The translations under genes and the position numbers were made by a program. A stretch of DNA of 64,000 nucleotides from Amoebidium appalachense. Its lineage: Eukaryota; Protista; Ichthyosporea. The notes below the pieces were generated by a model that ran no database searches, was not told where the DNA came from, and saw only the letters and a program-made list of their open reading frames with translations. The stretch is from contig CAVNZM010000013.1 in NCBI GenBank assembly GCA_963693365.1, positions 8,866,940 to 8,930,939 of the forward strand, given 5' to 3'. Positions 60,068 through 64,000 of the stretch are shown here, piece by piece (the stretch's first letter is position 1; the number at the start of each line of letters is the position of its first letter).

Positions 60068-61489
60068 TCACGTGGATATGTGGGTACATGCACACAACAC
60101 GCCACATGGTCCAGGATTAGGCAAGCACAAAAGCAACGCACCACATCTGTCGATATCCTCCCGCGGCACATACACATTCGCACTAATAGTAGCACAGTGT
60201 CACATGATGCGCACACGCCGCACCACATGTAGAACAACATGACCACATCTACGCGCACAAATGTACACACAAAGTCACAAGCACACAACAACACGCTTGG
60301 CACCGCACATGTATGCATGTTTGGTTGGCCTCGTGAGTGAGCGCGCGCGCACACACACGTGTCTTACACAGCACCAGTGTATGGCCACATGTATTCACAC
60401 ACCCTCACAAACACACAGCATGGCCGATAGTATCGGTGTGTATGCACAGACAAACACATAGGCGTGACTGCAGCACCACATATGCTTGCGTGCGTATGTG
60501 CACACACACACTCACACACACAATGAGTCATACATGCACAGTACACACCTCAGCCCATAGATACGTCCATACACTCCCTCGAGCTCACGGCGCTGTACAT
60601 GCAACACTCACCACCAGCACCTCTAGCCATCATAACCCTCATAACACGCCAGCGCCAGCGGCCTGGAGGTGTAACTTTGAACAACTACGCACACACTCCA
60701 CCCCCACGCCCCGCCGCAGACTCTCATTCCGGAGGCAGGCTTAGTAAGCAAACACAGAAGCCCCCCCAACTCACCCACCCATCCACCTCCCTACACACAC
60801 ACACATTACACACCACCCCTACCTACACACCACCCCTACCACCCGTTATATAGCAGAATTCATGTCAGGCACTGAGATTTCCTCAACAAAGGCAAAACTA
60901 TTCCGGCAAAAGACCCCCCCCCCCCCCCCCCCCCTTCCTGCCCCCCGGGACCCGGGCCCCTCCGCCCGTCACTATTCTGAAATCTCAAAGGCAGATCTGC
61001 CCGTAATATATTATCTTCTAAGCCCTCACCTGCTCCGTGTCCGAGCTCGAGAGTAATTTTCTTGTTTGCTAGCCGCGGCGCTGTGTATCCTCTGAAATGT
61101 CTGACACAAATCTACGTCATCACTCCTCTTACAGAAAATGTCACTCTTGCATTGCATAAACTCAACAAAAGCCCCCCCCTCCCCCCCTCCACTCTCCCCG
61201 GGCACACCACCCACTCTGACCACCACCACCCCCTTCCTCCCGGGCCCGTCCCAGCACCACTGCAGCTGGCACCCCCACCCCCCGGTTAGCAGAATCATTT
61301 CAAAAGTTCTGTACGGCGCAGGCAGATTTACTCAGCAAACTAGCATTAATCCCTCCCCCCCCCCCCCCCCCCCCCTCCCCCCCCCCCCCCTCTCCCCCCC
61401 CACACACAAAGCCTCCGCCCCCACCGAATGTTAGCAGAAGCACCCTCGCAATAAAAGCTTTAGCTAGAACCTGGCATTCTCCTGCAAAA

Positions 61490-61553
<64 letters not shown>

Positions 61554-63183
61554 TCTTCGTCTTCTCAAATCATTCTGCAAAAGACCAATATTACCGAAGG
61601 GGCCAATCACAGTCCTATAATCCAGCAATACAACAGCATGCACACACAAGCTGCAACCAGAATCCCACAGTATTTTGTATCTGCAGAAGTCACCAGCAAA
61701 CATATTAAGCACTATTCTGCCTTGCCAAGGCAGCTGTAGCAGACCTTTCCAGCTAAGCTTTCTTTTCTCTAACAAAAAGTGGCCAAGCAGATAATTCTGT
61801 TGATGTATTTAGAACATCATGATAGCTGCATGGCCACGGGCGGTGTGCTACCATGCATGGCCATGCGCAGCTGCAGCCTAATGCTGCACACACCCATGGC
61901 AAGGTTTCGGCACATGGACACGGAAACATATCTGTGCAGGTGCTTACACGACATGGTGCCACATGTCAAATGATTACGTGCACCCACCCATCCACACACG
62001 AAGAGGTAGCAAACATTATTGCCCCTGTGGCTCCAACAGCTGTATAATACCAAGGCCTTAAAATGACGGGAGGGGGATGCAAACGTGGTGGGGCCACATT
62101 CACATGCATACAGACAGGTACTCGGTGCTTCCAAAAATGTTCACAGTCAGGACCTGGACTAATTAACACAGGGGATACAACTGCTGCCGTTAATTGGTAG
62201 GAGCTAGTCTGAAGACAGAAGACGAAGAAAGTGTGTGTGTGTTTCTGTGCATGGGGCGTGGGGGGTCGCAAAGCAAGACCGTCCGGACGTAGGTGAAGCT
62301 GGCAAGAGCAAACACAGTGGGACAATGAATAACAGCAGACTTACTCCCACCAGAATATGAGGTGGAATGATATATGGTGCGGATGTTTTGCTGGCGGTTA
62401 GCAGGTGGTGTTCCTTTAGCCTACACACACAATACTGGTCTCCATAACCAAGGTACACAGGTACGCGTGTTCACACACACACACACACACACGCGCACAC
62501 ACACACGCACACACACCCACCCACCCACACCCGTTTATTTATATGCGCACGCACACCAAGACCATGCTTCCAAACCAAAGAAGGAATTTGGTACACACAT
62601 GAATAGAAGTGTAAATCTGAGCCATGACCTCGGAGTATAAGCACAAACTCGATTCTCGTGGATATCAGGCATCGACATGGGCATGGGACGGTTCAGACAG
62701 TTCGGATTTATTGTCGAGAAATTCCCTTCTGTTTGTGGTTACACCTCATGAACCTTGTTGATTTACAAGATGTGTGAGAGAACCACAACACTAAGGTTGT
62801 AAGCACGTTACAGACGATAGAATATTTTGTTCTGACAAATCCGCCTCTCCCTCCATCCCACATGCGACCCAATGCAGTAAGCTCCTTCCTCCTCTGTAAG
62901 CTGTCTTCCAAAATGTCTATCAGCACACTTATGCACACGACACTCCAAAACTCATGTGTATTTAGGCGCTCTGTTTCTCGCACATGACTTTTCCACCTCC
63001 ATCCGTCCCCTCTTTTTGCATGCGCACCAACACGCCTGCATTTACAGTATCTGCATGCACACACTCCCTCTCCCTCCCACTCCCTCCCCCTTTATAGCAC
63101 CTTCTTGCCGTCCGTGTGTGACTGTGACTACCCTCGTACGTGTTGTGTGGTGCGCACAAACCTAGCCTTGTCTCCTCTTTCTT

Positions 63184-63220
<37 letters not shown>

Positions 63221-64000
63221 CCCCCCCTCTCCCCCCCCCCCCCTCCCCCCGACACACACCCGAAAAACCACCTAGCCAAGTGCTCAGCATGTGTGCTCTG
63301 TTGCGCTCTTTACCCCACGGACAATACAACCACTTACCAGTGCGCGTTTCTAGTGTTGTATCCACTAAAATGAGTTGTAGCCGTCGCCCCGTCCCCCCCT
63401 GTATGTATCCGCTTGCACCCGACCTGGCGGTCCCTGGGTTTGGTGTGTTACCTGTGCTTGACTGTGCGTATCCGTTGTGTGCAAGTCCCCACGTCTCCTT
63501 CCAACTGGCACCCACTCCCTCGAAAACAATTCACAATCCCAACGAGGCTTGCTGCATACTCTCCACTCACTGTAATATAGTCTTCACATGGATACACAGT
63601 CAAGGGTGTCCTAAGTACATAAGACTTTAAAGGAAAAAATGCGTTTTACTAAATGCTAACATAAATTAAGTTTTTTCCTGGCTAAATAAAAAGTATAAAT
63701 AAAAAGAAATGAGCGTTTTAGTCGAATTTATGTCGGCGCCAATTCCAACTTCTGGCCTACTGATGTAGTTAGGTGGACTGTGTGTTTGTTTGAAATTGCA
63801 CTATTTTGAGGCAGCCCTTAGGAAGGAAACAAGCTCACACCGCAGACACAGCCGGTGCAGTGCACACAGGCGCTAGTATAGCTCTTGGGTGCTTTTTTGA
63901 AGCAAGGAGGGGAGACGCATAGCGGCGCAGCCAGACTACCACCGTTGGCTCATAAGGTATGTGGGGGGGTTGTCACTGTGAATAGTTGTTCATGTTGCTG

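Overview
Intron-rich eukaryotic genomic DNA, probably from a unicellular opisthokont (inference: fungal ILV2-like acetolactate synthase next to an animal/fungal-type 6-phosphogluconate dehydrogenase). Five + strand protein genes were reconstructed by hand through GT-AG introns: acetolactate synthase large subunit (9218-19728, one likely homopolymer frameshift), an intronless Pro-rich SH3 protein (22627-23739), a papain-family cathepsin-B-like protease with TSP1-like domain, Ser/Thr stalk and hydrophobic tail (about 25344/27359-31188, broken by a 10-bp tandem duplication), a 24-exon TMEM214-like protein (34022-50651) and 6PGD (52741-59632). Introns are filled with (CA)n/(GT)n, poly-C/poly-G, minisatellites and small TIR elements, and a decayed LINE RT lies at about 1.9-3.1 kb. 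Most ORFs in the supplied track are repeat artefacts. The most interesting signal is a family of 5'-truncated, poly-C-targeting, Penelope-like repeats in the introns. Their conserved core contains every hammerhead ribozyme element (GUU site, CUGAnGA, GAAA, three covarying stems) in a non-circularly permuted strand order, plus a covarying alternative fold that would switch it off. Folds were derived by eye and no activity is demonstrated.
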